Part shown: in pieces, positions 12,074 to 26,104 of the stretch | How the letters are laid out: each line of letters starts with the position of its first letter | Position numbering within the stretch: the first letter of the stretch is position 1 | From: Azolla caroliniana | Taxonomy: Eukaryota; Plantae; Polypodiophyta | Reading direction: 5' to 3' | DNA: 64,000 nucleotides | Assembly (NCBI GenBank): GCA_043228905.1 | Contig: JBHGNT010000015.1 | Span: forward strand, 9,548,001 to 9,612,000 | Notes under the pieces: model-generated | Database searches by the model: none | The model's input: only the letters and a program-made list of their open reading frames with translations | Told to the model about the DNA's origin: nothing | Program-made: the position numbers and the translations under genes

Positions 12074-13107
12074 TGTGGTGTGCATGTGTTCCTTTGTGCC
12101 GCCCTTTTAGCTCACCCTTTTTAGGATGCGTGTACCCAAGTTGACTCACCCTTTTAGCACACCCTTTTTAGCCAAGCCAACCCAAATGGGTTCCGTTGTA
12201 TCAACTATAAATTGATTAAGAAGTAAGAAGCTAAGTAGACTGGTTTTGATCTCTTATGTGCATTTCACATATTGGTGGAGATCCGGGGTACCAACCCCCA
12301 CATCCAATCATCCACCTCTTCCGCTTCGTAGGTAGCATCACCCTCACCACCATCACCAACACTCTTGTTAGTCTCTTGTAGTAGTATCTCTTCCATTAGC
12401 ACCGCCTTAGTTCACCAATTAGGCCTCCCGACATCCATCGCTTCCTCCATCCAAGTCTTTTTTTGCGATCGCCATCTATACCTCTCTAGCACGCAAGCCC
12501 ACTACACCTTCACCTTAGACACTCTCACTTTCTCACACCACTTTTATGTCTTGCCCCACCAACTCTTCCCCCTCACCTTAGGTTGCCCACTAACTTCTTG
12601 CCCATGAGTTTCTCCGATCCCCCTCCTACACAATAGCCCTCCTGTCCCCCACCTCAGCCAAGTCGAGGTGGCCCTCAGTCCACAGGAGCGATTGATCTTC
12701 GTCGCCATATGATCTTTCCTCGATCCCCCTCCGACACGATAGCCCTCCTGTCCCCGATCTCAGCAAAGTCCAGGTGCCCCTCAATCCACAAGAGCGATTG
12801 ATCTTTGCCGCCATATGATCTTTCCTCAATCCCCCTCTGACATGATAGCTCTCCTATCCCCCACTGTTCTTGTTCATGCCCTTCAATCTCTTGTTTCTCG
12901 TAGGGGGGAAATGTGGTGTGCATGTGCTCCTTTGTGCCACCCTTTTAGCTCACCCTTTTTAGGATGCGCGTACCCAAGTTGACTCACCCTTTTAGCACAC
13001 CCTTTTTAGTCAAGCCAACCCAAATAGGTTCCGTTGTATCAACTATAAATTGATTAAGAAGTAAGAAGCTAAGTAGACTGGTTTTGATCTTTTATGTGCA
13101 TTTCACA
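12074..13107 (+). mobile_element. TRIM-like miniature LTR element F (1034 bp) nested in the integrase of E
   Basis: 196-bp LTRs at 12074-12269 and 12912-13107. PBS TGGTGGAGATCCGGGG (tRNA-Ala-like). PPT TAGGGGGGAAA. 4-bp TSD ATAT/ATAC; removing the element restores the host peptide GLPDSIISDR. Confidence 0.9.
12614..12860. repeat. Tandem repeat of about 105 bp, about 2.4 copies, inside element F
   Basis: The unit CGATCCCCCTCC...GAGCGATTGATCTT..CGCCATATGATCTTTCCT recurs. Confidence 0.85.
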
Positions 13108-16100
13108 ATACTGTCTGGGAGGCCATGATGCCGAAATACCTCAGGCATGACAAGGGTGGCGGTTTCCTCGCTAGTGATGGCCTTAGTACACGGCACAAAA
13201 TGTGCCATCTTGGTATATCGATCGATGACAGTTAAGATAGCATCGAACCCCTTCGAGACTGGCAGATTTGTGATAAAGTCAAGATGTCAAATAGACTGCC
13301 ATGACTTACTTGGAATCAGTAAGGGTTCCAACAAGCCATATGGATGGTGTCGAGGCATCTTTGCTCGGTAGCAAGCATCACAAGTCTAAACGTAGTCATC
13401 GACAAAGCGTCGCATATGGGGCCACCAAAAAGATCGTTGAATGAGATCCAACGTCTTAGTACTACCGAAATGTCTCGCCGTATGGGTGTCGTGGCAATTT
13501 TGGACAATTTGAAGGCGACAGAAGCAATCGGGGACATATACAAGCTTTTTAAAGAATAACAAACCATCATGATATTCGAATTGTCGGTAGTCCATACCTG
13601 GTTGTTGAGATTGGGAGTAGGATGCCCGAGAGGTTTCAATGTGCGCCAGAATGTCTTGAGCAAAACTGTCTATCTTCAAGTTCGCATGTATGGCATTAGT
13701 AATCCGAGAATCCATTGGGGTGTGAAAAATCCGCGTTGTGTGCAATCGTGTTGGTCCCAAGATTACTTTCTTTTGATTATAAAACGCTAGATCACTAGGA
13801 CGAGGTGCAAGATATGAACGTTGTGATAGCGCATCTGCTTTTCCTTGCTGCTTCCCTGGTCGATATGTGATTTTGAAGTCGAAACGCGTGAGGAATTGAG
13901 CCCACCGAGCTTGCCGTCGATTTAGCACCCGAGCGTTCTGGAAATAAGCAAGGTTTTTGTGATCACTAAATATGATGACCTGATGTGGAGAGCCCTCTAA
14001 AAAATGTCACCATTGCACAAAGGAATCCATGATGGCTAATAACTCCTTGTCATTTATTTCGTAGTTGATTTCCGCGGCATCGAATTTTGTGCGAATGGAA
14101 AGCCACAGGATGTAACTTTTCTTTATCTCCTTGTTGAGAAAGGATGCTATTGAGGGCGAAATCCGATACGTCGGCCTCCATGATGAATGGTTTCTTTGTA
14201 TCCACATGAGCTAGAATAGGAGCTGATGTAAAGGCTTTCTTAAGATGCCGAAAAGCCATGTCCGCTTCATTGGACCAAACAAATGCTTGTCCCTTCTTCG
14301 TAAGTTGTGTGAGAGGTAAAATAATCTTCGAGTAATCATGTATAAACTTGCGGTAGAAGTTAGCAAAACCTAGAAAACATTGTACATCTCGTACCGACCG
14401 TGGAATTTGCCACTCTAGCACAGTTTGGACTTTAGTTGGATCCATGGAGATGCCCTTTGAGGAGATGACGTAACCTAGAAATTCCACTTGCTTGCAGTCA
14501 AAGCTACATTTTTCTAGCTTGGCATAAAGACCATTCTCGCGGAGTCGTTTTAGTACTAATAGTACATGAGAATCGTGCTCTTCTTGGGTCTTCGAATAAA
14601 TCAATAGATCATCCAGATAGATGATCAAACAGATATCCAAAAGGTCTCTGAATATATCATTTGCCATGTGTTGGAAGACTACGGGTGCATTGGTTAGACC
14701 GAACAGCATAACAGTATATTCGAAATGCCCATACCGCGTGCGAAAGGTGGTCTTCCATTCATCTCCCGGCCGGATCCACACGAGGTTATACGCTCCTCGT
14801 AGATTGATTTTTGTAAAAAACTTGGCACCATTTACTCGCTCTAAAAGACTTGATATAAGAGGAAGTGCATACCTATTCCGGATGGTGACTTTATTCAAGC
14901 TGCGGTAATCAACGGCGAGACGAAGTGAGCCATCTTTCTTCTTGACAAAGAAGATGGGTGCACCGGCCGGAGATTTCGAATGACGAATAAACCCGCTTGC
15001 CAAGTTCTCCTCTATGTAGGCTCGAAGGACTTCTAACTCGATGGGTGACAAGTTGTAAATTGGTCCCCATGGTGGCTCTGCTCCTGGTTGTAAATAGATG
15101 GGACAATCATAGGGACGATGATGAGGAAGAGCACCGGCTTTTACCTTGTCAAATACATCGGCATAAGGATGATATTTCAACGGAAGTTGCACTAAGGATT
15201 CCTCCTTAATAGTGTTGGAAGGATGTAATGATATTGCAAATAGGAACATTGCCTCCTTCTGTCCTTCTTCGTGTAATTGACGTAGTGAAATGGTTGAAAC
15301 TCGATGAGTAGATTCTTGGGGTTGTCGATGTCGGACTTATTTTGTTCTCCAATCTATGGCTGGATTATGTAATTCAAACCAAGGTAATCCTAGGACAATG
15401 GGATGTTCTGGACTACTAATTATATTAAATGCTACTACACACACAAAACTACCTAGGACAACTTGAATGGGTTCTGACTCTTCTACAATATTCCTCGGAA
15501 GCAATGGGACGACCATCAATGACTACTACAGATGCGGGGCAAGGAAGTTTTCTTAAGGATATCTGAAAAGCTTGGGCAAACTTTCGATCCATGAAACGGG
15601 AATTAGCTCCGGAATCTAGAAGTGCTAGGACGTGTACTGGGGGAGTACTTTTAGTACTAACCATGACTTGGGCTAGGAACACTAATGGGTTGTACAGATC
15701 TAGGGCTGTCCAGCCAAACAACTCCTATTTTGGCTGGACTCAATCGTTTAACTCTTCATCTAATTGACTAAGGATTTCAAATTTGTTTGAGATACTTGGG
15801 CTATTAGTACTATTAATACTATCATACACTCTATTAGTACTATTAATATTATCAAACACTCCTAAGGGAAGAATTCACTCGGGTTTAGTACAGGCTACGA
15901 TTTGATTTACATGTCTTCTTGGCCTATGGGGACAATTGATTGCGATATGCCCTAGTCCACCACAATAAAGATGTAATCGATTTGCACATCGTCGTTGCTT
16001 TTCTTCTTCCGATAACGGGCCACGTTGATGCATGGTGTCGATCTCCATCGGTGTCGGAGTATTTGCTTGAGGTATGTCTCGTGCAAATGGTTTAGCCGCG

Positions 16101-19004
16101 ATTGAGGCGTAAGTGGGCTCTGGCCTAGAGCGTGGTATTTGTAATTAACGTTCCGAACGCCATTCGAAAAGACGGTTGTCACATCGGACCGCTTAACTAA
16201 TCGCCTCCGTAAGAGACTTTGGTTCTTCGGGGAAGGTTAGAAGTAGATCTTTGACATCGTTTCGCAGGCTGTAGTGAAACTACTCCGTTAGTGCCTGATC
16301 ATCCCAGGGGATATCTGAAGCGAGTAGACGGAAATCTGCCCCGCGTAGGCAGAGGCTGGGCGATCGCCTTGATGCAATCGTCGGATTTTGTTGATCGCCA
16401 TCCGGATGTTGTCTTTATCTCCAAAGCAAGCTTTAAACTCGCTAATAAAGTCTTCAAAGTTATTAAGGGCGATTGTTTTTCCAGAAGCGAAGCAAACCAT
16501 GCGAAGGTTGAGCCGCTAAGCAACATGCCTATTAGGCCAACTCGAGATGCATCAGTGGGGTATCGAGAAGGATGCATTTGAATGACTAAGCATACCTGAT
16601 TGAGGAATCCCCTAAATTGCGACCACGTTCCATCAAATTTCACAGGAAGTCCAATCTTGGGCTCTTTATGAAATCCATGGGGACTTGATCCTTGTTGTTG
16701 CAACACAGCTTCGAGTTGTTGCACACGTAACGCTAACTCCCCATGTTGTTGTTGCAACTCCCCATGTTGTTGCTGCATTTGTTGTTTTTCTAGGGTGATT
16801 TGTTGAAGATCCCCTAACAACCGTTGGCTTTCTTGTTCCAAGGCAACAAAATTTTATTTTAGACACTATAGCTCGGAGAAAACGGATTGGTATTCTTGGG
16901 CGCTAACAGAAGCCATTGTATAGAAAAAGGATAAGAGGATGAGGGAAACCAAAAGAAAGACTAGAGAGGGAAATTGGTTCAAACTATCAGGAATAGTACT
17001 AAAACAGAGAGAGAATTAGTACTAGAGAAGGGAAGTACTATTAGTACTAAGAGGATAGAACTTGCGTAAGACTCCTGAGAGGGAGGAAAGAGAAGAGAAG
17101 AGAAGAGAGAGAGAGAGATAGTGAGGACGAGAGAGAGAGAGAGATGATGATAATAGATGATATATTATAGAAAGAGTAAGTACAAGATGGCTATGAGGCT
17201 TAAGACTGGCGTTGAACCAATTTGGTTCAACATAATGCCTAGTGCCTTCTTTTATAGTGTTCTTAGGAGTAATCCTGAAGCTTCTAGAATGTCCCAGGGA
17301 AATCTGGAATATACATTAATTTCCTATAATAAAACTTAAATGAAAATAATATCTTACGTATTACAATAGATGGTATAATGGTCAAGAGCTCGACCCATAT
17401 AACATAAGTTCATGGGTTCAAGTCTTGCCATATCATGACACTATATGGCCTAAAACAAGCGCCCAGAATGTGGTACCAGAAGTTTGACTCCTACATATGG
17501 CAGCTTGGATACAACAGATCAGACTCCGACCCATGCATGTATGTTCGGCAACTGGCCAACGAGTCAAGGATCTATCTAATCCTATATGTCGACGACATGT
17601 TGATTGCAGGAAACAATCAAGCAAAGATCGGTAAGCTGAAGCAGAGCCTTCAACACAAAGTTCGCGATGAAGGAACTCAAACAAGCCTGACACATGTTGG
17701 GCATGAGGATAGAGAGAAATCAGACAACCAAGACTCTCTGACTTTCCCAGTCCGAATACATCCGCAAGGTGCTAAAGCACTTCAACATGGACAATGCGAA
17801 GCCAGCACCAATACCGCTTCCAACGTCAATCAGACTATCGGACAAAGACTCTCCTCCAATGGACAAGGAGAGCGAGCATCGGCAGTAGGAAGTATCATGT
17901 ACGCAATGGTGGCGACCCGACCCGACCTAGCCTATGTCGTAGGGGTGGTCAGCCGGTACATGTCAAACCCAGGAAAGAAGTATTAGGAGGTCGTCAAGCA
18001 CACCTTTAGGTATCTAAAAGGAACCCTGGATGCACAGCTGACTTTCGGACTGACAACCTCAACCGAAGTCGAAGGCTACACCGATTCTGACTATGCCAAA
18101 AATGCAGATAATCAGAAATCGACATCAGGCTACATCTTCACCTATGGCGGCGGTGCAATATCATGGAGGTCGAAACTTCAAGAGTGCACGACTCTGTCTA
18201 CCACAGAAGCCAAGTACATAGCAGCGAAGGAAGCGATCTGGCTACAGCGACTGACTACCGACTTCGGAACTGCAAACCGAATAGACCGACCAACGTTGAC
18301 CATCTATTACGACTCACAGAGCGCAATACACCTCATCAACAATCTCGTCTACCATACGAAGACGAAGCACATTGAGGTGCGGTATCATTATATCCGGGAG
18401 CTCGTGACCGAGAAGAAACTCGAAGTTCGGAAGATCGACACCGAGGTGAACATTGTCGATTGCCTGACAAAGCCACTCCTAGATCAACGCTTCGGAACAC
18501 TAAGGATGAAGATGGGGCTACGACAAGCGACCGAGTAGAAGAAAGCCGAACGAGGAGCAGAAGGTAAGAGCTGACCGACACTCATACTATACCTCTGCCA
18601 ACTCGGGTACTTGCCGACAGACTTGTAACATAAGATCTAGTTAAATTTGTAATCTAGGTTTACGAGGGAGATAACCCCAAGCATTTGTACATGCAAGAAA
18701 GAGTAGTCCTTATACGGGGGAGTTTGTTGGCATAAAAGGCCGACTCCTTCCAAATTGTATCCGTCCAAGTGTAAACTCGTTAATAAGTTATGGCTTAGTA
18801 TATAAGCGAATACCTACCATTGTAATGAGCGATGACGAGCAGAGTATTGTATCTCTGAGAAAGAATGAAGTAATAACAAGCTTTCCATTAAAGCTCCATC
18901 TATGTAAGTCTCCACGCCTATTTTGCTTTTCTTTCTACGTTGTTTGTTGTTCAGTACCAACTACAGATCCATACACGTTTCTGCACATAGCACTCATACC
19001 AACA

Positions 19005-22000
19005 GAAGGCCCGTCATTGCTCTTCTCGGAGTCGGATTCGCGTCGATCCGACTCATCCCTATCCATGTCGTACTCTGGCATCTTCTTCTTTCCCTTTTCT
19101 TTGCGCATAAGCTGTCTCTTTGGCTTCCTGCGCGAGGAATGCATGGCCGAGTCTCCACTACTCGCCGGCTCTTCATCTGACTAGTCAAGCCAACTCAGTC
19201 ACTCATTCAGTGCACTTCGCCGAAATGAGATCGGACTCTCTTCAAGAGTTCCAACTTGGAGTTCATCAGGAGGCATCTCAGCCTCGTTGACCTCATCTTC
19301 CGAACTCGGATTGGAGTTGAGGTCCGGAGTCGAAGCCAAGTACCAAGACGTAGACTCATCGAACACGACATCGTGACTTACGCGAGATTGTTTGCTTCGG
19401 GGGTTATAACACTTATAACCCTTCTGTTTGTACGATTAGTCGACCAAGATACACTTCTCGGCTTTCACGTCCATCTTCCTCCTCTTCTCCTTCGGCACAT
19501 GCACATATGTGATGCTATCGAAAACCCTCAAGTGTCATAGATTCGGCTTCCTTCCGAAATACAGCTCATGTGCCAACACTTTTTCGCCGATCCGATTCTG
19601 GATGTAGACCGCGGTTTGGACCGCTTTGGCCCAATAGAACTTGGGCATGCTCTTTTCTTCCAGCATTGCCTATGCCACTTCTACAACCAACCAATTCTTC
19701 CTTTCAGCTACGCCATTTTGCTCTGTCGTATACCTGCAACTAAATTCGCACCGAATTCCCATTTGTTGCAGATAACTGTTGAATTGGCCAGAAAAGTACT
19801 CTTTTCCTCCATCCAACAACAAAGCACTTGATCTTCCTCTCTGTTTCCCTTTCGATGTCCAAGATTTTTGAGGTTCCGGAAATAGTCGAAGACTTCACTC
19901 TTCTTTTCGATGAGGTAGATCCATGTGTGCCGGGTGTAGTCGTCGATGAAGGCGACGAAATATCGACTCCCGCCAAGACTCACGTTCTGTATCGGTCCCC
20001 ATACATTTGAGTGTATCAAGTCGAGCTTATTTCGGCTCCGATTACGCTCATTGGGGAAAGGAATTCGATGTTGCTTCCCTAGCTGGCAGGCTTCACAAAT
20101 TTGGGCCTTTCAACCACTGAATTTTTGCAATCCGAACACAACTTGTTTCGATTGCAAGTCTTGAAGTCTTTGGTAGTTGACGTGGCCTTTCCTCTTATGC
20201 CACAAGTCGATATCCGACTCGACTTTTTGCCCTTTCGCGAACATGGTGGTGCCTACGTCATTGGTGTCAAGGATGAACATCCTCCCATCTCTGTGCCCTT
20301 GCGCAATAACTTGGCCTTCTTCCTCGATGAAGCACCCGAGATGCGTGAACCGGACTTGCATCCCCTGGTCGACGATTTGTCCGACCGACACCAGATTCTT
20401 CGTAATTGTCGGGACGTGTAACATGTTCATTAGCTTCCCTTTTTACCCAACGTTGTTGCGTGGCGCGTGACACACATGCCAAACGTCGGGATGTGCACGT
20501 CACAAGCGCGGACAAGCACCGGGTCTCTATTCGCTAGTGGTTATGGAGGATTGACGATGGGATTTCCGCGCCTACGGGTCGGTCGAACGAGACCACCAAG
20601 GTCTTTGATTGGGGAGAACGAATTGGGTGAGTTGTGCCTATAAGGAATTGGCCGTTTAGGTTTATCGTCGAGTCGTCCTTTGTTGTCGAAGACGCACCCG
20701 AACCCAACTCAACGGTGCGGTGGATTGATGTGTAGGCAGCTGAAGTAACGCACTAATGTGGTTGAGAGTGTGTGAGAGAGAGAAACGAAAATTGAGGAAG
20801 TGTTTAAGATAGATAGATAGATAGATAGACGGATTGAAATTCCAATTCTAGGTTTGAACCCTTGACTTTAATTTAGAGAAACAAGACACATTGCCAATAA
20901 GATAACTAGGTTTTCTTATTAAAATATCTTGATTTAATCCATAGCTTGCTTAATACATAGCTTCTTTGATTCCCACTTATATAGTTGCCCCCATGCATAT
21001 GTGCATGTGAGGGTGTAAGACATGCATACAATACATGAAATAGTGCTCATGCATCACATGTGATGCATGATGACCATGTACCTCATCCAAGCTCTCATGT
21101 ATGAGCATTCATATGTGAAAAACATAATGATGATCTAAAGAAATAACTTAGCCTAATGGTAAGTCAGTTGTCTTCTATCTTGGAGGTGCAAGGTTCAATA
21201 CTTGCACCCCTTCATATGCTTGAAACTGCAAATAGGCTTTAGGTGTTCTCATTATATTTATATTTACAACATGCTAACGTATGAGTGTAACCATCACCCC
21301 TTTCATTCGTGTGCACATTACACCTTCTCGATTCCACACGATTTTCACACCATTGCCGAGAATCTTCATGACAACGTGGCTGAGTGGAACTTCACCGACA
21401 TGTACTATCGGATGCGAAGTGCCATCTCCTGTTGCGACTACTCCCGGTTGTTCCAGTTTTTCCAGATATGAGAACTATCTTTATGGTTCGTCATATGGTT
21501 TGACGCTCCAAAGTAAACGTACCACACTTCGTCTGATTTCAGGGTGGTCTTCTTCATCGAGTTCGCTGCATGTCTTGTCACGAAGGCTGCCCCCTTTCCA
21601 ACTTTTTTGGATCCTTCGGCATAGTGCATCCGCCGCCGATTTCCTTGTTCGGTCGGTCCGGATCCGGATCCGGTATTCTCCGAATTGGCACGCTTCTTCC
21701 AACACTCGCTCTCCTTGTGGCCTTTCTTGCCACAATACTAGCATTCCGCGGCATGTTTCCCTTGCCGGTTCTCGTCGCCTCCTCGACTCCCCCTGCTTCC
21801 AGAGGGTTTAGGCGTGCGTACTCATCGACGCACCCGCGTGATTCTCCTCTACAAGGAGCATCGACTGCAAGTCGAAAAATGACGGCGTATTCTCCCTTGT
21901 ACAAATAGCAGTTCGGAATGCTCCAAACTTCAACGCCAATCCTTCGAGGCAGATCTACACCATTTTGCCCTCCTCAACGTTCACATCGATGGAGGCGAGG

Positions 22001-22898
22001 GAGTCGCAGATATCCTTTATCTTGGTGGTATATTCAGCCACCGTCATGTCGCGTTGACGCACATTGCTCAACTCTTGTCGGAGTTGGAGCTTCCTGGTTG
22101 TGGTGGTTGCGGCGAAAGTCTTTTTCAAATTTCCCCAAGCATCCTTCGGCGTTCTTGCATCCCGAACGTAGCTCAAGAGTTGTTCGCTCACACAGGACGC
22201 AACGCAGTAGAGAACTCTCCTCGCAGACTGTTCCCAGGCTGGAAAGTCTCTGTGTGTCGATTCGTGCGCTGCATCATTTGCTCCATCGACATAGCTCCAG
22301 TATCCATGTCTGAGCAAGTATTGGTGCATCTTGTACGACCAAGATGCATAGTTACTTCTGTCGAGCTTCTCAGTTGGAAGTGAACTAGCTATACCTCTAT
22401 TCATTTTTTTCTTTCTGTTCTTCACTGAGATTAGGTTTTTTTTTTTTGTTTCAAGCTAAAGTCAGCTGCAGAGGTTCTCAACCCTCACGCTCTGATACCA
22501 TGTGAAATGTGACGTTCGGAAGCTATATGAAACACAGAATACCAACAGGGAAAAACAGGTTTAATGCAGAGCTTAAGACACGATGTATGCGGGAGAGACA
22601 GAGAGGGAAAATAACACACTACAGAAACTGGATTCAAAATAATGTGTAAAACTCTGTACATAGGATGTGCTCAAAGAGCACTTTTATACAAGTTCATACG
22701 GACTGACAGAAGTATTGACACGTACTTCAATGCTCATAACTGAGTTCCTACACTAACTCCCAAATATATTCCCTCGCAGAATATCTGTTCAACGGCCTCC
22801 CGGTTTCCGCACTGATCCGGCCTAACCGATCGGTTCAAACCGATCCAGTTCTCAGCTTGCACGTCCGATCCGGCCAATGTTGAGCTTGTATCTCAATA
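19005..22898 (-). mobile_element. 3'-truncated copia element G (same family as H)
   Basis: 5' LTR 22501-22898, PBS iMet at 22489-22500, gag 21955-22425. Protease and integrase fragments are near-collinear with element H. Interrupted by solo LTR J and cut at the D LTR. Confidence 0.9.
20454..21373 (-). mobile_element. Solo LTR J (920 bp)
   Basis: TG...CA ends and 4-bp TSD ACGT. Removal restores the host reading PLSHVG*KGKL. Contains a (GATA)n run and a tRNA-like segment at about 21149-21208. Orientation is inferred. Confidence 0.8.
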
Positions 22899-25800
22899 GT
22901 ATACCTCCTTATAGCTTAAGTCGATCCGAAGAGGATGAGGTATCTAAGCAACTCAAGGACTGTTTACGAATGGGTTATATACATTATAGTAAATCTCCAT
23001 GGGGTGCACCTATTCTCTTGGTAAAAAAGAAAGAGGGCACATGGCGTATGTGTATTAATTACTGACGCTTGAATAAGGTGACGCTCAAGAATTCATATCC
23101 ATTGCCCCGGGTTGACGATTTAATTGACCGTCTCCAAGGAGCTCGATATTTTACAAAACTTGATCTCCGTACAGGCTACCATCAAATTTGTATAAGTGAG
23201 GAAAATGTTCCTAAAACCGCATTTCATACGTGCTATGGCCATTATGAGTTTTGGGTATGCCTTTTGGTTTGGCCAATTCTCCGGCCACATTTCAACAAGA
23301 AATGAATGACATTTTCCGAGAACAACTTGGAAAATTTGTCGTTATTTTCTTGGATGATATTCTAGTTTATAGTCGTACATTAGAAGAGCATGCTAAACAT
23401 GTCCGCTTTGTTTTACAAACATTGCGCGACAAGCAAATCTATGCGAAGATCTCAAAATGCAAGTTCTTCAAGAAATCAATTACTTATCTTGGACATCTCA
23501 TAACTGAACGAGGAGTTGAAATTGATCTTTCTCACATCGAGAAAATCAAACTTTGGCCCACTCTTCAGAATATTCGAGAAGTTCGATCATTCCTTGGTTT
23601 TGTCAGGTTTTTGCGAAAATCCCTTCGTAATTACTCCCAATTGACGACATCGTTTACTGGTATTCTAAAAGGTCAAACGCGTAAGTCTACAAAACCTATT
23701 GTGTGGAATGCTACACTAGACCTCGCCTATTAAGGAACTCAAGGACATGGTGTGCAAGGCTCCTTCGCTTCTTTTACCTGATCCTTCAAAACCTTTTGAG
23801 GTTGAAACCGATGCAAGCGATTATGCTATAGGTGTTGTCTTATATCAAGATGGTAAACCAATAACATTCGAGTGTAAAAAACTTGATTCTGCTTAATGTC
23901 GGTATACCGTTCAAGAAAAGAAGTTATTTGCAGTTATACATGCACTCAAAATATGGCATCATTATCTTTATGGAAATCATTTTGTGGTAACTACGGACCA
24001 CGAGTCCTTGAAATATTTCTGTGACCAACAAGACCTGAAAGGTCATAAGGCACGATGGGCTAATCTCATCCAGGACTTTGATTTTTCCATACAATATCAT
24101 AAACGTTCCATGAACATTGTCGTTGATGCACTAAGTCGCATCCGTGAAGTTAACATGCTTAGCTTCACTGAAATAACATCAGATCTTTATGATCACCTTC
24201 GAGGAAAGTATCCTGATGACAATTATTTTGCGAAATACTGGGCAAGAGTTGAGTCTGGAACAGACACCACCACATCCTCGAATGAATACTTCCACATTGC
24301 TAACGGTCTGCTCTACCGTAATGGGAAGGTCTTTGTTCCAGATTTGCCTGAGGTCAAAAAGAGAATTCGTTTTTAATGCCATGATGCACCCTCAGTAGGG
24401 CACCCTGGAATACATCGTACACTCGTTCTCATCTCCACTCAATTCGATTGGCCTAAGATGCGTTCTAACATACAAAGCTATGTGATTAAATGTCACCAAT
24501 GTCAGGTTAACAAAGTCGAGCGACTTAAAGCCGCAGGACTTTTACATCCCTTGGACATTCCCAATAATAATTGGGAAAGTATATCCATGGATTTTATTGT
24601 TAGCCTTACTCGCACCCAAAAAGGTCATGATGCCATCTGGGTTGTGGTTGATAGACTAACTAAAATGGCCAGATTTATTGCTACTAAAACCACGGTAACA
24701 ACTCTTGAATTGGCTTACCAATTCGTTGACAAGTTATATTCATTTTTATGGGTTACCGATGGATATCGTGAGTGATCGAGATCCAAAATTTACTAGTGTC
24801 TTTTGGATGCAAGTCTTTAAGAAGTTAGAAACTACGTTGAGCATGAGCTCCACAGATCATCCTCAATCTGATGAACAGACAAAACGAGTAAATCAAATTA
24901 TTGAGGACATGCTTCGAGCATACGTTGGTGCAAAACCAACAAAATGGGAACATTATCTCCCAATTTTGAAGTTTGCTTATAACAACTCCAAGCATACGTT
25001 GACGGGATATAGTCCTTTTATGTTGATGTATGGTTTTCAGCCACGAGCCCCAATTGATGTTAATATACATCATGATGAGTTGTGAAGTACGCAAAACTTT
25101 CTTCGGGATATGCAAGATATGTTGCATATTGCATGAGACAATATAAAAACAAGTCAAGATAGAGCATGTTTTTATGTCAATCATAATAGGCAACCTCGTG
25201 TATTCAACCTTGGACAAAAGGTATTTTTATGTGTACCTCACAGTTCTAAGACATTTTCTACAAGTAAGTTAGCTAAGTTAGCCCCACGGTTTTGTGGACC
25301 TTTTCAAGTCCTCAAACGCATTGGTTCATCAACCTATCATCTCACTCTTCCCGATGGCGTTGAAATTCATCTAGTTTTTCATGTAAGTCATCTAAAAGAA
25401 CTTCTAGGTTTTGGCGACAATACAATCACAACGGAAACTCTGGTTACTTCTGAAGAATTATCTTCTAAACCACATGTACCAAAAAGAATTCTCAATGTTA
25501 AAACAAAAAATCTACATACAAAAATAATCCAAGAATATAAAATTAAATGGATGGATAAATCTATCAAATATGCCACATGGGAACACGAAAATACTCTCAA
25601 TACTAACTTCCCTAACTTTCCATTGCAAGAGTGCAATGTTTTAAAGAGGGGGGAGTATGTTACAGGCATGGCCATATAATATCCCATGGTGAGAATTTAC
25701 CGTAGTATTCTATACACGTGGATAAGTGTGAGGGTTAAATGAGAGTGTAAAGAAGGGGAGGATTACTTTTAATCCTCGGGATTGAGACAACCTATTAGGC

Positions 25801-26104
25801 CAAGTGTGAACTTGCATGGGGGCCTTGGGTATTGCTATAAATATGAGGCCTAGCTACCCTCATTTCATCATCTCTTGACTACATCAAGACTCTATTTCGT
25901 GGTGGGTTAACTCTTGTAGCGAGCGCGCCAACACTAAGTATCACTCAACGCCACGACGGTGGTATGGGACGCCGATCAAGGCTCGAGTTCGTCTCGATCC
26001 CTTCGCTCAGGGGTGGTCGGGTGGATCGACACCCTTTTTTCTCTCTCATCTTTCTTTTTACTTATATCCTTATCATATGCTTACGTTAGATCATAACTCT
26101 AACA
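22899..26104 (+). mobile_element. 5'-truncated gypsy (chromovirus-type) element I: RT-RH-INT, degenerate chromodomain and 3' LTR
   Basis: [19 protein letters not shown] and WESISMDF motifs. PPT AAGAGGGGGGAGTA and LTR 25658-26104 (TGTTA...TAACA). Confidence 0.9.

Larger units (their letters stand above)
11146..16916 (-). pseudogene. gag-PR-RT-RH-INT-chromodomain polyprotein of element E
   Basis: Gag EPKIGLPVKFDG, protease LLDSGA, RT YLDDLL, RNase H, integrase, and C-terminal chromodomain EYEVAAVLDS..YLVDWLGY..TWEP. Confidence 0.92.
10703..17440 (-). mobile_element. Full-length degenerate Ty3/gypsy chromovirus E (Tcn1-like)
   Basis: LTRs 16985-17440 and 10703-11153 with perfect TSD CTATA. PPT AAGGGAGAGATAG next to 11154. 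Non-tRNA PBS at 16971-16982. Confidence 0.95.
9171..19004 (+). mobile_element. 5'-truncated copia element D (INT-RT-RH plus 3' LTR), split by element E
   Basis: Integrase TLRSENGGEY. RT LKKS|LYGLKQAPR is interrupted at TSD CTATA. YVDDM and TKHIEVRYH are present. PPT near 18714-18723 and LTR 18725-19004 (TGTTGG...CCAACA). Confidence 0.88.
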
